DNA of 55,707 nucleotides, counting the filler, from Porpidia crustulata (Eukaryota), in NCBI GenBank assembly GCA_964255105.1. It is 5 parts of 5 records of this genome, joined end to end, with 100 filler letters (N's around TTAATTAATTAA, not from the genome) between each part and the next. Parts side by side here need not be neighbours in the genome. Positions count along the whole stretch, not along the records: positions 33,490 to 44,550 come from CAXUWE010000703.1; positions 44,651 to 55,707 come from CAXUWE010000704.1; 3 more parts are not named here. One strand, 5' to 3'. The notes under the pieces were generated by a model, which worked only from the letters and a program-made list of their open reading frames with translations, had not been told where the DNA came from and ran no database searches. The stretch's first letter is position 1, and each line of letters starts with the position of its first letter. A program made the position numbers and the translations under genes. Positions 38,617 to 50,022 of this stretch are shown one piece after another.

Positions 38617-39739
38617 CTAATATGCCGAGAGTAACCTTTGCTGGTGGTACTCTATAGCCGTCACATCCTTATACTTTGCGCTCATATCTTGAGAAACAAA
38701 CTGCCTCAAAGGCCCAACAGAAGCATTTCGATCTGCCTTACAGAAATATGCTATCGAATATCTCTCAGGAAGTGTACCGGTCTCCTGGCCCTCCATGTTG
38801 CTCGGAATATTGACTCTGTGAAGACCAGCGGGCAGACGGTCGTTGGTCAACCGCTGCAAAGTCTCGCTTACGTTGACGACCATCTCGGAAGGGGCGCCAC
38901 ATTCAACTCGTTGAAAAGTTCCCCGTGCCTCTCGATCTTCAAATTCGAGGCCGCCCACCTTATCCTGGAACAAAAGTGTGATGACCCCTAAATCAAAGTG
39001 TGGCCAGATACGACTTACGCGGCCGCTTTTGATTGTTTCAATGTCAATGGCTGGATAATGATTGAATCGAAATTCACTGGCGTTGTGGTTGTGCGTAATC
39101 TTATCCAGGAATGTCCCGTGTGGTAGCTCTAGAGCCATTTCCAATGCTTTCATAATCTGCGTACTGGCCTGTTCCATCTTCCCGAACGTGTCCTCCATGA
39201 AAGAGCGAAAGCCAGGCAGTACGTCGTCACTGGGCCATTTATTCGGATGTTCAGTATCAGTCGTCGCTCCTTGATCAAAGTGTTCCTTCAACTCTCAACA
39301 AACGATGACCGCGAGGCTTTCATTCGGCATGACTCACCCTCGCATCACTCAATTCTTCCGTCGATTGGCACTTTAGTAACCCTTTTCTGTACAATTTAGA
39401 GCTATTCTCAGCCCCGACTCGACTCCAACCCCTTTGTGGATCAGGCCCGGGATGGTGTGCAATTCGGAGTTTCTCTTCTGTCTGGATACGGAAGAAGGAT
39501 CTGTTCTGTCGTACCCAAAGAATCTGTGATCAGCTTTTGATCACGTCGTGTTTCTATTCGAAACATATTGGGCATACCCATTCAAACAGGTCGGCAACGG
39601 CCTCGTCCGAGATTCCATGATTGACGAGTTTAACAAAGCCGTGTCTAGACAAGCTCTGAAGTAGGTCTGAAGCTAGTTGCGCCTGTTGTGAAGCATTGCC
39701 CCTGGTGAAAAGCGATAAATCGAGTGTAGGTAAAGTCAT
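38617..39739 (-). CDS. IPNS/DIOX_N-type Fe(II)/2OG oxygenase (resembles the HtyE/GloF proline-hydroxylase type)
   Basis: LPTLDLSLF..HGFVKLVNHGI, HHPGPDPQRGWS, EHFDQG, NKWP, FNHYP, HFD (HxD) GVITLLFQD, LHRV, RYSIAYF; two introns (about 39506-39577 and 39288-39338). Confidence 0.88.
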
Positions 39740-41044
39740 TGTGAGATGTGAGTATCGCGAAAAGCCTAACATCAAAGAACCCGACAACTCATGACGCTGG
39801 TTCTCCTAAGCTTCTACGAGCCCCTGATATATAAGGCACGATAGCGCAGAGATCGCCGACATGGTCCGGACTTGTCCCTAATTGAATATACTTTTCGTCA
39901 AAGCATCGTGAGTGGAGAAGCAATGCTAGAACCAATTTCATCCTCAAAAGCCTGCGTTGTGCAGACGGCTCGCTTCTGTTGTAGCTCCCCATTGTGTGGA
40001 CTGCGTCTTTTTCCCCATATGCGTGGATTAAGCTTCAGACGGCGGCCTGGTAGGCTACTTAGCTCAGCATGTCCGAATTGCCACAGTATCGGACTCTAGG
40101 AGGATGTACGCTGCAAGATACAGTTCTGCTAAATTCCGCTCCTCACATCGGATCAAACGCCGAGAAGGTTAATTGTTCTCTTCGAATTATCTGTTGCATT
40201 TATCTGAACCAAATGTCGTGCAACTTCTGACCGGAAGATTATGCACTCTTCAGCTATGATTCAATTTAAAAGACTTATATGCATAGTTCTCCTAGTACTG
40301 CTGATTAAAGCAGCTAATTCGGTGATGTTCAGTCCCAATAGGCTCTGGGGGGATCTCGGTCTTACTCGGACAAAGATAATCGACACGAATTCTAAGCTGT
40401 ACCTGGCACTAGTATGCAACATATAACCCTATTTTACGCGCTCAGTGGAAATCTCAAGTTGAATGAGGGGTTTTAGTGATCCTCGCGAAAATGTCTGTCG
40501 GAGCTGCGATGCACAATGCGGAGCAGGCCAACGGACTCAACTTCAAATTCTCATATCAGACTCTACCTTGACTCATCAGGCCTCTAGGTCGACCGAAGAC
40601 GCCCGCTACTCATTGCTTTTATCGGCCTGATGACCCAATGGTAGTTATTTCTGGTAGCCTGCGCAAATCCACAGTGAGCATCTTGAGAGAGAAGTATCGG
40701 CTATCAAATGTATGATGGCCTAGCACCGAGGCTACGATCGCGTCAAGCCTTCTCAGCCAGGATTCATGTGCACAGAAAAGCCATCAAATTATCTCAGCTT
40801 CGGTCATTGCGTGATTGATGCTAGGATGATAATCGACAGGATGGCATATGCTTTTCACGATCGCATCTGCAGTTGGGAGGAGGTGTGCCTTCCGCTTGTG
40901 TAGCAACGTATCGTTTTCTAAGCGTGAGGCTTGATAGACCAGCTTTGGGGCACTGGCAATATTTCTTATTGGCCTCGAGTCAACGATTTTGACACCAAGA
41001 GATTCGACTGTAATTGAACTTCTCACGGGACGTTGTCCCTTATT

Positions 41045-44000
41045 ATGGGTTCTCTTTCACAGGACATCCCAGACTATGTGCTTGAGCATTGCCACTTGCA
41101 CACTTCTGCAAGACGAAATACTAAATCCCATCATTTCGAGGTTGTCAATCTTTTTGTGGACGGGAGCGTTTTCGTGGGTCTGAGAGAACCGCCGAAATGC
41201 TTCGAGAAGTTGGTTCAAGATGCTTGGGCACTCCTTCTACGCAGATATCTTGGGAATGACACCGTCTCTTTTGCAGTATTGGCTAGTCAAGGAAACGACC
41301 TCCAGGGCAGAGGCCATGCCAGGTGCATTGCTGCCGTTGAAGGCTCCGAATCTCGGATACTGCAGTATCACATTCCCGCACAATGCCTGTTGCAAGACAT
41401 CCGTCCAGTGATATTTCGAGCATACGCTGGACACGTAGGTGAAAGACTACCCATAAATACAGCAATCCGTTTATCAAATTCCACGTCCTCAAGGCGTGGC
41501 CAGCGAAACAGGGAGACAGCTACCTGCCCAGACTCCAATGATGATAGAATAGGGCCCCTTGTGAGTCTAACACCAAATATACCCAGTCTTACAATGCCGC
41601 CTCCAATAGCAGCATTGATTACATCTCCCAAGTCTCGACTTTAATTCACATGAACGGATTTGAAAAGAAAAGTAGTAGCTGTGCTGTTTCATTGTTGCGC
41701 TGATTCTACCTGAAGGTTGCTAAGTGGAGATTCTTGTGTTTCTTTCATTTTTATCTTTGCTGTCATATGTAATTCAGCATGCTACAAGTATTGTATGAAG
41801 GACTTCTGGAGCCATATCAACAAGTGAAAGAGTGACTTTCAGTGAAAGAGCATATTTCATAGAAACTAATGAATTTGCAAGCTAACCTTTTGCTGCAGTT
41901 CCATATTATTTTGAATCTAAGTACCTCTACTAAAACGCCTCCTACGTTATCCGTCAGCTATGTTTCTCCAAAGATTTCTGAGCAATATGCAAACTCGGTT
42001 GTGCGTACTTTTCAAAAGATCCTAGCAAGCGTAGTCCTTTGCGGCGACGGAGAGGTGGGTCGCCTCGATTGTGTCGACGATGAAGACAAGCAGAAAATGG
42101 TAGCTTGGAATCCAAAGTCTCCATACACCCAGATGACCTGTGTGCACTACCTCGTTGAAGCTGTGGCTCGCGCGATGCCCAGCTCTGAAGCAGTGTGTGC
42201 CTGGGATGGGACTCTAAGCTACTCCCAATTGGATGCGCTGTCATCTATTGCTGCCCAGCGATTGATAAGCGCCGGTGTTTGTTCGGGAGTATATGTGCCG
42301 TTTGCGTTCGAGAAGAGCGTATGGACTGTGATAGCTACCTTGGCAATACTAAAAGCAGGGGGTGCATTTGTTCCGCTCGATCCCACTCATCCAAGGGTGC
42401 GGCTCCAAGAGATATTAACAAGTATACGAGCAAATGTTATCGTCACCTCGAACACCTTTTCCTCGACATTCAAGGGTATTGTGAAAAATATTGTCATTTT
42501 ATCTGCGCAGACGATTCTGCTAGACAGAATTGCAGACGGGAATGACACTCACCTCCCTGTTGTCCAACCGAGTGATCCTATTTTTGTCTTGTTTACCTCG
42601 GGGTCAACTGGTCAACCCAAGGGAATGATCCACGAGCATGGGGCCATTTGCACTCACGCTATTGCCCATGGAAAAGCCATGAATTATCAAGGAGCTCGGG
42701 TGTTACAATTCGCTGCACATACTTTTGATGTTGCCATCATGGACATCTTCACCACACTGATATATGGCGGGACCGTTTGCATCCCATCAGAGGAGGATCG
42801 GCGGAACAATATCACCAGCTTTATTTGCGATATGAGAGTCGACCATGCAATTTTAACTCCATCATTCGCAAATCTCATTGACCCGGTCGATGTCCCAACC
42901 CTTAAAACTCTCGCCATCGGTGGAGAGGCTCTTACGCGAGATCGCATACAAAGATGGGCCCATAAGGTCTCGCTGATCCAGATTTACGGTCCTGCAGAAG
43001 TTGGAATTTGTTTACTAACTCACATGCATCCAGAAGAGACCCTCCCTGAGACTGTTGGGTACTCGCTGAACAACTCTTCGTGTTGGCTCGTAGATCCTGA
43101 AAACGCTAATCTTCTTGTTCCAATCGGTGCCGTTGGGGAACTGCTTATCGCCGGTCCCAGCTTGGCCAAAAGCTATCTGAACGACGATGCCAAAACCCAC
43201 TCGTCCTTTCTTACTAATCTTCCCTGGGCAAATGCACTTGGACTAAAATATCAACGCTTCTATAGATCTGGAGATTTACTCCGGCTTAACGTGGACGGTT
43301 TCGATGGTTCTTACGATTTCATCGGTAGAAAAGACACTCAGATTAAACTTCGTGGCCAGCGAATAGAGACTGGCGACGTCGAGCACCACATAGCTAGCAT
43401 ACCGGGGGTGGCGGTCTCTATGGTCACACGACCCAAAGATGGATGCTTCACTGGTGAACTGGTCGCGGTTGTAGAGATGCGTAGCTCACTTTCATCGCAA
43501 GTCCGCAATGAGCCCATCACTTTAACCCCAGACCCAACCCTATCCATAGAGACGATCAAGGAGCATCTTGCCAAGACCTTACCGGCTTACATGTGGCCAG
43601 TTGCGTGCCTCGTAATCACTAGCATGCCTTTCGTGGCATCTATGAAGATCAACCGGAGATTGGTCGATACCTGGTTGCAAGAGATGAGATCACGGCCCTC
43701 CGAGGTAGTAAACAATACACTACAAGATTTGAAGAATGTGCCACTCGATCACAGTGAGGTTACAGCGAATGCAATCAGTGTCAAATATGCCGAGCTAGTG
43801 GCATCTAAGGACGACAGCTGGCGGCAGAAACTTGAAGGTTCGGACTTTTGTCTCCAGAAGGCTGGGATAGATTCCATCCAGATCATCTCGCTATCAATCT
43901 TCTTGCAAAAGGAGTATTTGGTGAAGATACCAATGTACCGGCTTTTGAGCCCAAAGACAACGATTCGAGACTTGTCATACCTGGTCGATCATCATGATGG

Positions 44001-44550
44001 GAAATCCGCCGTCTGCGATGAACCGATATCATTCAATGTTCTTGAAGAGTCACGGGTCCTTGGTGAAAATTTGTTCAAAGAACTCGAGTCCTATAATTCA
44101 GGGATGGACCTGTCGTCACGGCCTGCAACCCGCAACATCGTGCTGACGGGTGCGTCTGGGTATCTAGGTTCGGCGATCCTACAAGCCCTCATGAAAAAGC
44201 CAGACATTACGGTATTTGCACTAGTCCGCTGCTCTACTGAGTCCAAAGGACTTCAACGTATCGTAGATGCTGCTGTCGAAACTGGCTGGTGGCAGGACGC
44301 CTATGCCTTAAGGATCCAGGTCTGGAAAGGAGATCTCACTGCAAGCAATCTCGGGATTTCCGACCAGCAACTGCGACAGCTTCATGGCACAGACATGGAA
44401 CCCCATGCTTGTATCCACGCCATCATCCACAACGGAGCCAAAGTCCACTACAGCTCCGACTATGAAACCCTCAAATCCACAAACGTCCACCCCACCCTCA
44501 CCCTACTCACCCTCACCGCCAACGCCCCCAACCTCTCAACCCTCATCTAC
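41045..44550 (+). CDS. NRPS-like enzyme: vestigial C-domain fragment, adenylation, thiolation and thioester reductase (R) domains; 3' truncated
   Basis: Exon 1 has AWALLLRRYLGNDTVSF (C-domain remnant); phase-0 intron 41561-41898. A domain: LSYSQL, LKAGGAFVPLDP, FTSGSTGQPKG, FDV, YGPAE, GELLIAGP, YRSGDL, GRKDTQIKLRGQRIE. T domain: GIDSI. R domain: LTGASGYLG, HNGAKVHY. Confidence 0.92.
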
Positions 44551-44650
44551 NNNNNNNNNNNNNNNNNNNNNNNNNNNNNNNNNNNNNNNNNNNNTTAATT
44601 AATTAANNNNNNNNNNNNNNNNNNNNNNNNNNNNNNNNNNNNNNNNNNNN
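44551..44650. other. Artificial contig spacer
   Basis: N44-TTAATTAATTAA-N44. Confidence 0.98.
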
Positions 44651-46491
44651 GTCTTTCTTCTCGGGAGGGGGTTTGTGGGTGAAGGAGTCGGTATTGATGT
44701 CGCGGTGGATCCCTTCGGCGACGAGGACTTTCTCGATAGGATTGCGGTCGTCGGTGTCGAGGCTTCGGGCTTTGTGGGTGTGGGGGGTTTTGCCGCGGCT
44801 CAGCATGCTTGTTGGAGGTTGGACCATTCGCGATTCGCGACCTAGGATTCCGTCCATGTGGAGAGGTCTTTTGTGCGCGATGCTGTTTTTGAATCTCTTG
44901 ACGGCTTTCATCTGTGACGCTTTAGAGAAATCCTTGTGTTTCTTAGAAGCATACGTACGAGTACGAGGATGTTGCTTAGGTTTCCCGTGATGGCGTTGTC
45001 CTTTTCTGCCTCTGTGGGGGGCTCAACCAAATCTGACGTATTCTCTTCTTCTGAGAGCAATGGATCGGTGCCCTGTCTGGTAAGCCATGGGTGGTCCTTG
45101 CGCGTTCATTAGTTGGGATTCTTCACTTAGATGGCGAGTCACCTACGCGGAGCTCTGGCATTGTGATCCTCTTTGTAGGATCTTTCTCTAGTAATCTGTA
45201 GATCAGATCCTTGAAGTCCTCAGGACAGTCTGGGGCCAGATCCACTTTGTCGTTCTTGATAGACTCGTACAATTGCAAAACACCGGCTCGCTCGAAAGGA
45301 ATTTGACCGAAACGTAAACAATATAGCGTGACTCCCATGGACCAGATATCAGCGGCTCTTCCGGAGATATCACCGTGCTTTGCAACACATAGTTCTGGTG
45401 GAAGAAACGCAGGCGAACCAGCCGATTTAGCCGTCTTCATTTCCGACTTCTTTTCAAACATCTCCGATACGCCAAAATCGGAAATCTTCAGAACATCATC
45501 CTCTGTCAACAGCAAGTTATCCGGCTTAATATCCCGATGTACAACGCCTTGCGCATGTAAATACTCAATGCCCAAAACCAAATCTCGAAACCAACACCTG
45601 CATCTTTCATCGTCATACGGGTCTGCTTTTTCGTCCATGCCGACCTTCATTATCACACCCTTTTTGCACATTTCCAGAACCATGTAAAGAGAGTCTTCGT
45701 CCGGATCGTCCAAAACCTCAATCAAGGAGACCAAGTTATCATGGTTTAGCTTCTTCATGATCGCAATCTCTTCTTTGATGAGGTAGAGGGGGTTGCCGTC
45801 CTGCTCTTGGTCATGAACTTCCGACGCCAAATGCCGATTCGTTGGAGAGCCAAAGCCCATACTGGCACCTAAATGGCCTGTCCTTCGAGCTGCATGCGGC
45901 CTTCGTAGTATATTGGATTGGGCACGCTTTCGCAGCCGCGACTTTGAGAACTCCTTAACGGCCTAGCAATGGCTGGTTAATCATAAGATTCTAAAGATAC
46001 TAGAACTCTTTTACAGCTATGATTCCACAAGAGTAAAGCAGGTACTCTGAGCATCATCTGGGAGTTCTTACATATTCGCTGCCGTGCTGGTCCACTGCCA
46101 GGTGGACAGCTCCGTAGGAACCCCTTCCAATTTCTTGCTTAATGCTATATTGATTAATCCTATGGACAGCGCCGCCGTCATCCTCACTGTTTGAATACTC
46201 CGAGTGCGCGTGCAATGTCTCCTTGACTTGCCTTGCGCTTGAATGTTTGCGGTGATGGTGCCTTAAAGGACTTTCGTAGGCGGGGGACGACCTATCAGGC
46301 CCGACCATGTTTTAGTCAATGACTAGCACTGGAGACTTTGGATCTCTTTGCCCGTACATGTGTCTTATATTTGGCGGTCGAACGCCGTCTGCTGTGCTAG
46401 CTATATCGAGCTCGATGCCATGGGATGTTAGGATTCCCGCCTTTGCAGCCTTTTCGTCAATGGAGTCTTCCCTTCCGAGGTTGGTAGCCAT
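44651..46491 (-). CDS. Calcium/calmodulin-dependent protein kinase kinase (CmkC/Ssp1-like), 3' truncated
   Basis: IGRGSYGAV, AVKEFSKSRLRKR, EEIAIMKKL, HRDIKPDN, DFG, GSPAFLPPE, DIWSMGVTLY, basic CaM-binding-like MKAVKRFK; about 4 introns. Confidence 0.9.
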
Positions 46492-46859
46492 TGTAGTGTA
46501 GCGCTCCCTTTGTGGCTGATGTATTGAAGCTGGCTAGTGTAATTGCTGCAGACACTCATACAAGGCTATGTATACATGAGAGTTGAAGCTGAGGTTCAGA
46601 ATGGAGGGCTGTTATCGATACGGCACAGGAAGGCTTGGCATTATGGGTTATTCCTTCCTCGTTCTTTTGATCCAGCCCTGTACCATAGAGTACTTAGTAT
46701 ATGGTCCGTGCGGCACAGGGACGTCAGTTCTTCAAATCTACCATTTCTATCAAAGTTTGGGTTCAACATATTAGGCATCACAAAAGAGCGTTCATAATAC
46801 ATTGACCAGCCGTCTTTACGCTAATTATCTAGGCTAATTCGAAATCAGCACAGACATTT

Positions 46860-47345
46860 CAGTGAGCTGATCAGAGGAGCAAATAGAGCTAGATCAAATG
46901 TGAACGACATTGTAGAATGGGGCCGGATTGGTTTGATGGTTTTGAGCTGAGCTGGTGGGATTGAGCTGATGAATTTGAGGTTGTAGGACCCGATTGTTGA
47001 GGTAAAGCTGCTGGAGTTTGAAATACTGAGGTTTGAGCTGCTCGAGGCGAAGCTTCTATGTTGTAGCCTTTGAAGAGATAAGCTGTGAGCTACTGAAGGT
47101 AGAACTTCTATGATTGTAGCTTCTAGGAGTAGAACTACCGAAAGTAAAGATTACCAAGATGGGGCCGCTCCTCGTAGAACTACTGAGGGTAGGACTGCTG
47201 GAAATCGAGCTGATGAAATGTCGATTGTAAAGGTGAAGTTACTGAGTCGCAGCTCTTTAAGATCGAGCTTCCGAGAACAATCTGATACAGAACTACTAAG
47301 ATATAGCCCTTAGCGGTAGAATTTTCGGAGGCAAAGTTGTTAGGG
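46860..47345 (-). repeat. Degenerate 15-bp tandem repeat array (plus-strand consensus about GARCTRCTGAGGGTA)
   Basis: Consecutive 15-mers, e.g. GAGCTACTGAAGGTA, GAACTTCTATGATTG, TAGCTTCTAGGAGTA, GAACTACCGAAAGTA, and further on GAACTACTGAGGGTA, GGACTGCTGGAAATC. Confidence 0.7.
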
Positions 47346-47778
47346 CCAAACATCCGATGTATCTAGTAGCACATGGGCTAAGTCTAATAACTTAGTATTT
47401 CGCCTTTTGAGGTGCAATGGGGTTGGGTCCCGCCCCCCGACTTCCCAATCCGGGTATACATGTGGCCCTGCGGCCGGTCGTAGCAAAAGCCGCTGATGGT
47501 GAAGCTGCCGAAGCTAGAGTGGGCTGAGATCGACATAGTTGGCAAGAGCGAACTGATGCGGAAGGACCGATGGAACAGAACCAGTGAGATAGCCAGTCAA
47601 ATAGAACCACGGAGGTCAAGCCGAGGCAGAGGACAAGACGATTTAAGTCCAGCTGGCCTGATCGAATCCCAATTGAAGAAGGTGCAATAGATAATCTTCA
47701 TCATCAGGCCAAACTTCCCCAGAAGCCACGCCCACGAGAACGCAGCAGGCCTCAGCCGCAACGTTGCCGCTTCGAGCC

Positions 47779-49083
47779 TTACGCTCGATTCAAGGACCCA
47801 TGCAGCTGCGTCGCCGCCTTGGCCCGCTCCTCGGCCTGCTTCTTGGCCCGCTCGACGTGCGACCGCTTGACGAAGCCCGGCTTGGAGTAAACCCGGCCCG
47901 TCGAAGTCTGGGCGCGCGCGGCGGAGAAGCCCGGCGCCTTCCCAGCACGACGCTGGTTCGTGCGCACCATGTTAGTGAGCTCCAGCTTCGGCACCTGGAG
48001 CTGCCTGGCAGCGGCGAGCTTGAGCCGGTCGGCGGAGGCGTCGGAGGGATTGGGGATGGCACTCTCGTGCGCGCGTCGGGTCTCAGCGGCCACAAACGTC
48101 TGGGACGCGGCGAGGCCGCCGGACCAGCCAACAACCTCGCGCTTCATGCCCTCGTAGGCGGAGTCCTTGGCCTCGCCAAATCGGATCTGAGCGCAAGTTA
48201 GATTGTTGATCTCTTGCCGTGGAGTGTTTTGGTGGTAAATACCCCATACTGCTGACGGATCCCGAATTCCTCCTTCTCTCGGAGGCAGGCCAGCTGCTTC
48301 CACTTGAGATTGTCCCTGGCCTCGATCTCGGCCAGCTTTCTCTCCAGATTCTTCTCCATATCGCGCTTGAAGGCGCGAGCTTCCGGCACCGCCTCGTGGT
48401 CGAGTGCTCCTGACTCCAGGAAGCTTCTCGTCCGCTTCGCGATCTCGTCATTCATAGGCTTTGCAGCCTTGGTGATGGCCTGGTTGTGTTTGCAGTCAGC
48501 ATCGGCTTGAGAGTTCATTGAGACTAAACGAGGCCTTAAAGATAACCAAACACGTTCCAGATATACTTACGTTCCAGTTCGCCTTCACCGCCATCATACG
48601 TCGCCAAATCGCAGCCGCCTCTGCATTCTTGCCCGAAGGCCAATACCCACGCCCACGACTCGACTTCGGCTGCTGCACCACTGGGGCCCCGCCAGCGCGA
48701 CCTCGCCCACGAGTCGCGGGCCGCTGTGGAGCTGCCTCCACCTCAGCAACCTCCTGCGGCGACTCACTGCGACAGCTTGTCAGTAAGATCCCATACGATT
48801 GAAACGGCGATACCTACGCCGGCACCGCCTCCTCATCTCCATCAACTTCCTCCACCGCCGCCTCCAGAGTTCTAGCCGTTGAGGCTCCTTCATCCACAAC
48901 ATCTTTCGCAGCGGGAGCCGCCCCCTCGTCGGCGACCACTGCACCAGACGGCGCCGCCGACCTGGTTCGACCTCGAGTTCGCATGTGAAAGGCCTCGCTC
49001 GGCGCAGTCGCATTCGAGCGAGATTTCTTCGAAGGACCAGCCAACAAAGAAGCCCCGCCGTCTGCCTTACGCTTTGGAGGCAT
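47779..49083 (-). CDS. Hypothetical protein, 4 exons, basic NLS-like N-terminus and central coiled coil
   Basis: ORF pieces 48814-49083, 48496-48741, 48198-48518 and 47779-48303 join in register through three GT-AG introns with CTRAC branch sites; GC-rich coding bias; starts MPPKRK. Confidence 0.65.
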
Positions 49084-50022
49084 CTGTTTGAAAAGTTAAT
49101 TAGGCGAACTTGAACCGTGAATATCATAAGAGCGATAGGATAGTAAAGGTAATAACGAAGGGTGAGGGAGGCCGGCTTTGGAGAGTAGGAATAGACGATC
49201 GCTATGGAAAGCCCGGTAGATGCAGGTCTCGAGGCGAAAGGTTAGGAAACTGGACGAGGTAAGGTAGGATGAAGGCAGCAATCGGTCTTGCATGAGCAAT
49301 ACACACAGCAACACCACTGATAGAACAGGAAAAGCGAGCCATGCGATACATGACCTTACCAGCACCGAGCTCGAGGTGCAGTTCTTAAAACTTAGCAACA
49401 ACAAGGTCAAAAAGGACAACATAGCAGTGACAAAAGCTGCTTCGATGCGGGGCCAAACGAAAGCAGCAATGCAAGCTCGCTAGCACAAGGATCAAGGAAA
49501 AGAAGATCAACCAACCAAAATAGACTGAGAGGCAAACGCAAGAACGGAAGAGATCACTCACGCTATGGATCTGATGAAATTGTTTTCGATATAGGTGAGC
49601 AAAAGAGCTTGGTGGGGAAGCTATTGCTTATTGAAAATGTGGTTGCAATGTGTGATGGTGTAAGTGTGATGTATGTGTGCAAAGCGATGAGAGGGAAAAC
49701 AAGAAAAGAGAAGAGGAAAGAGAGGAAGAAAAGGAACGATTATATACTTGGTGTTCTTGGTTGAATATGATGCTGTAGCGCTTCTGTGCTGTTGTATTCT
49801 ATTGAATACAGGGGTAAATAGCTATCAGAGGGCTGCCACTAGCAGACACGACAATAGCAACATTCACTCTTCACTGTAAACCTGAAACGCTTCATCAAAC
49901 AGATTCGCACCCATCCCTTTTAGTGTTCCGTGAGGATTATTGCCATCGTTCTACCTAATACCTATTGTGCAATCGTAGCAAGTAAATTCATCATTGGATT
50001 CATAACCTTTACCATTATCATG

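Noticed and set aside
35121..44550. Calling the cluster swainsonine, loline, peramine or echinocandin
   Set aside because: Required core genes (SwnK PKS-NRPS, Lol PLP enzymes, two-module PerA with methyltransferase, six-module NRPS) are not seen; only individual enzyme families overlap.
46860..47345. CRISPR-like array
   Set aside because: Eukaryotic context, no unique spacers, no cas genes; it is a degenerate tandem repeat.
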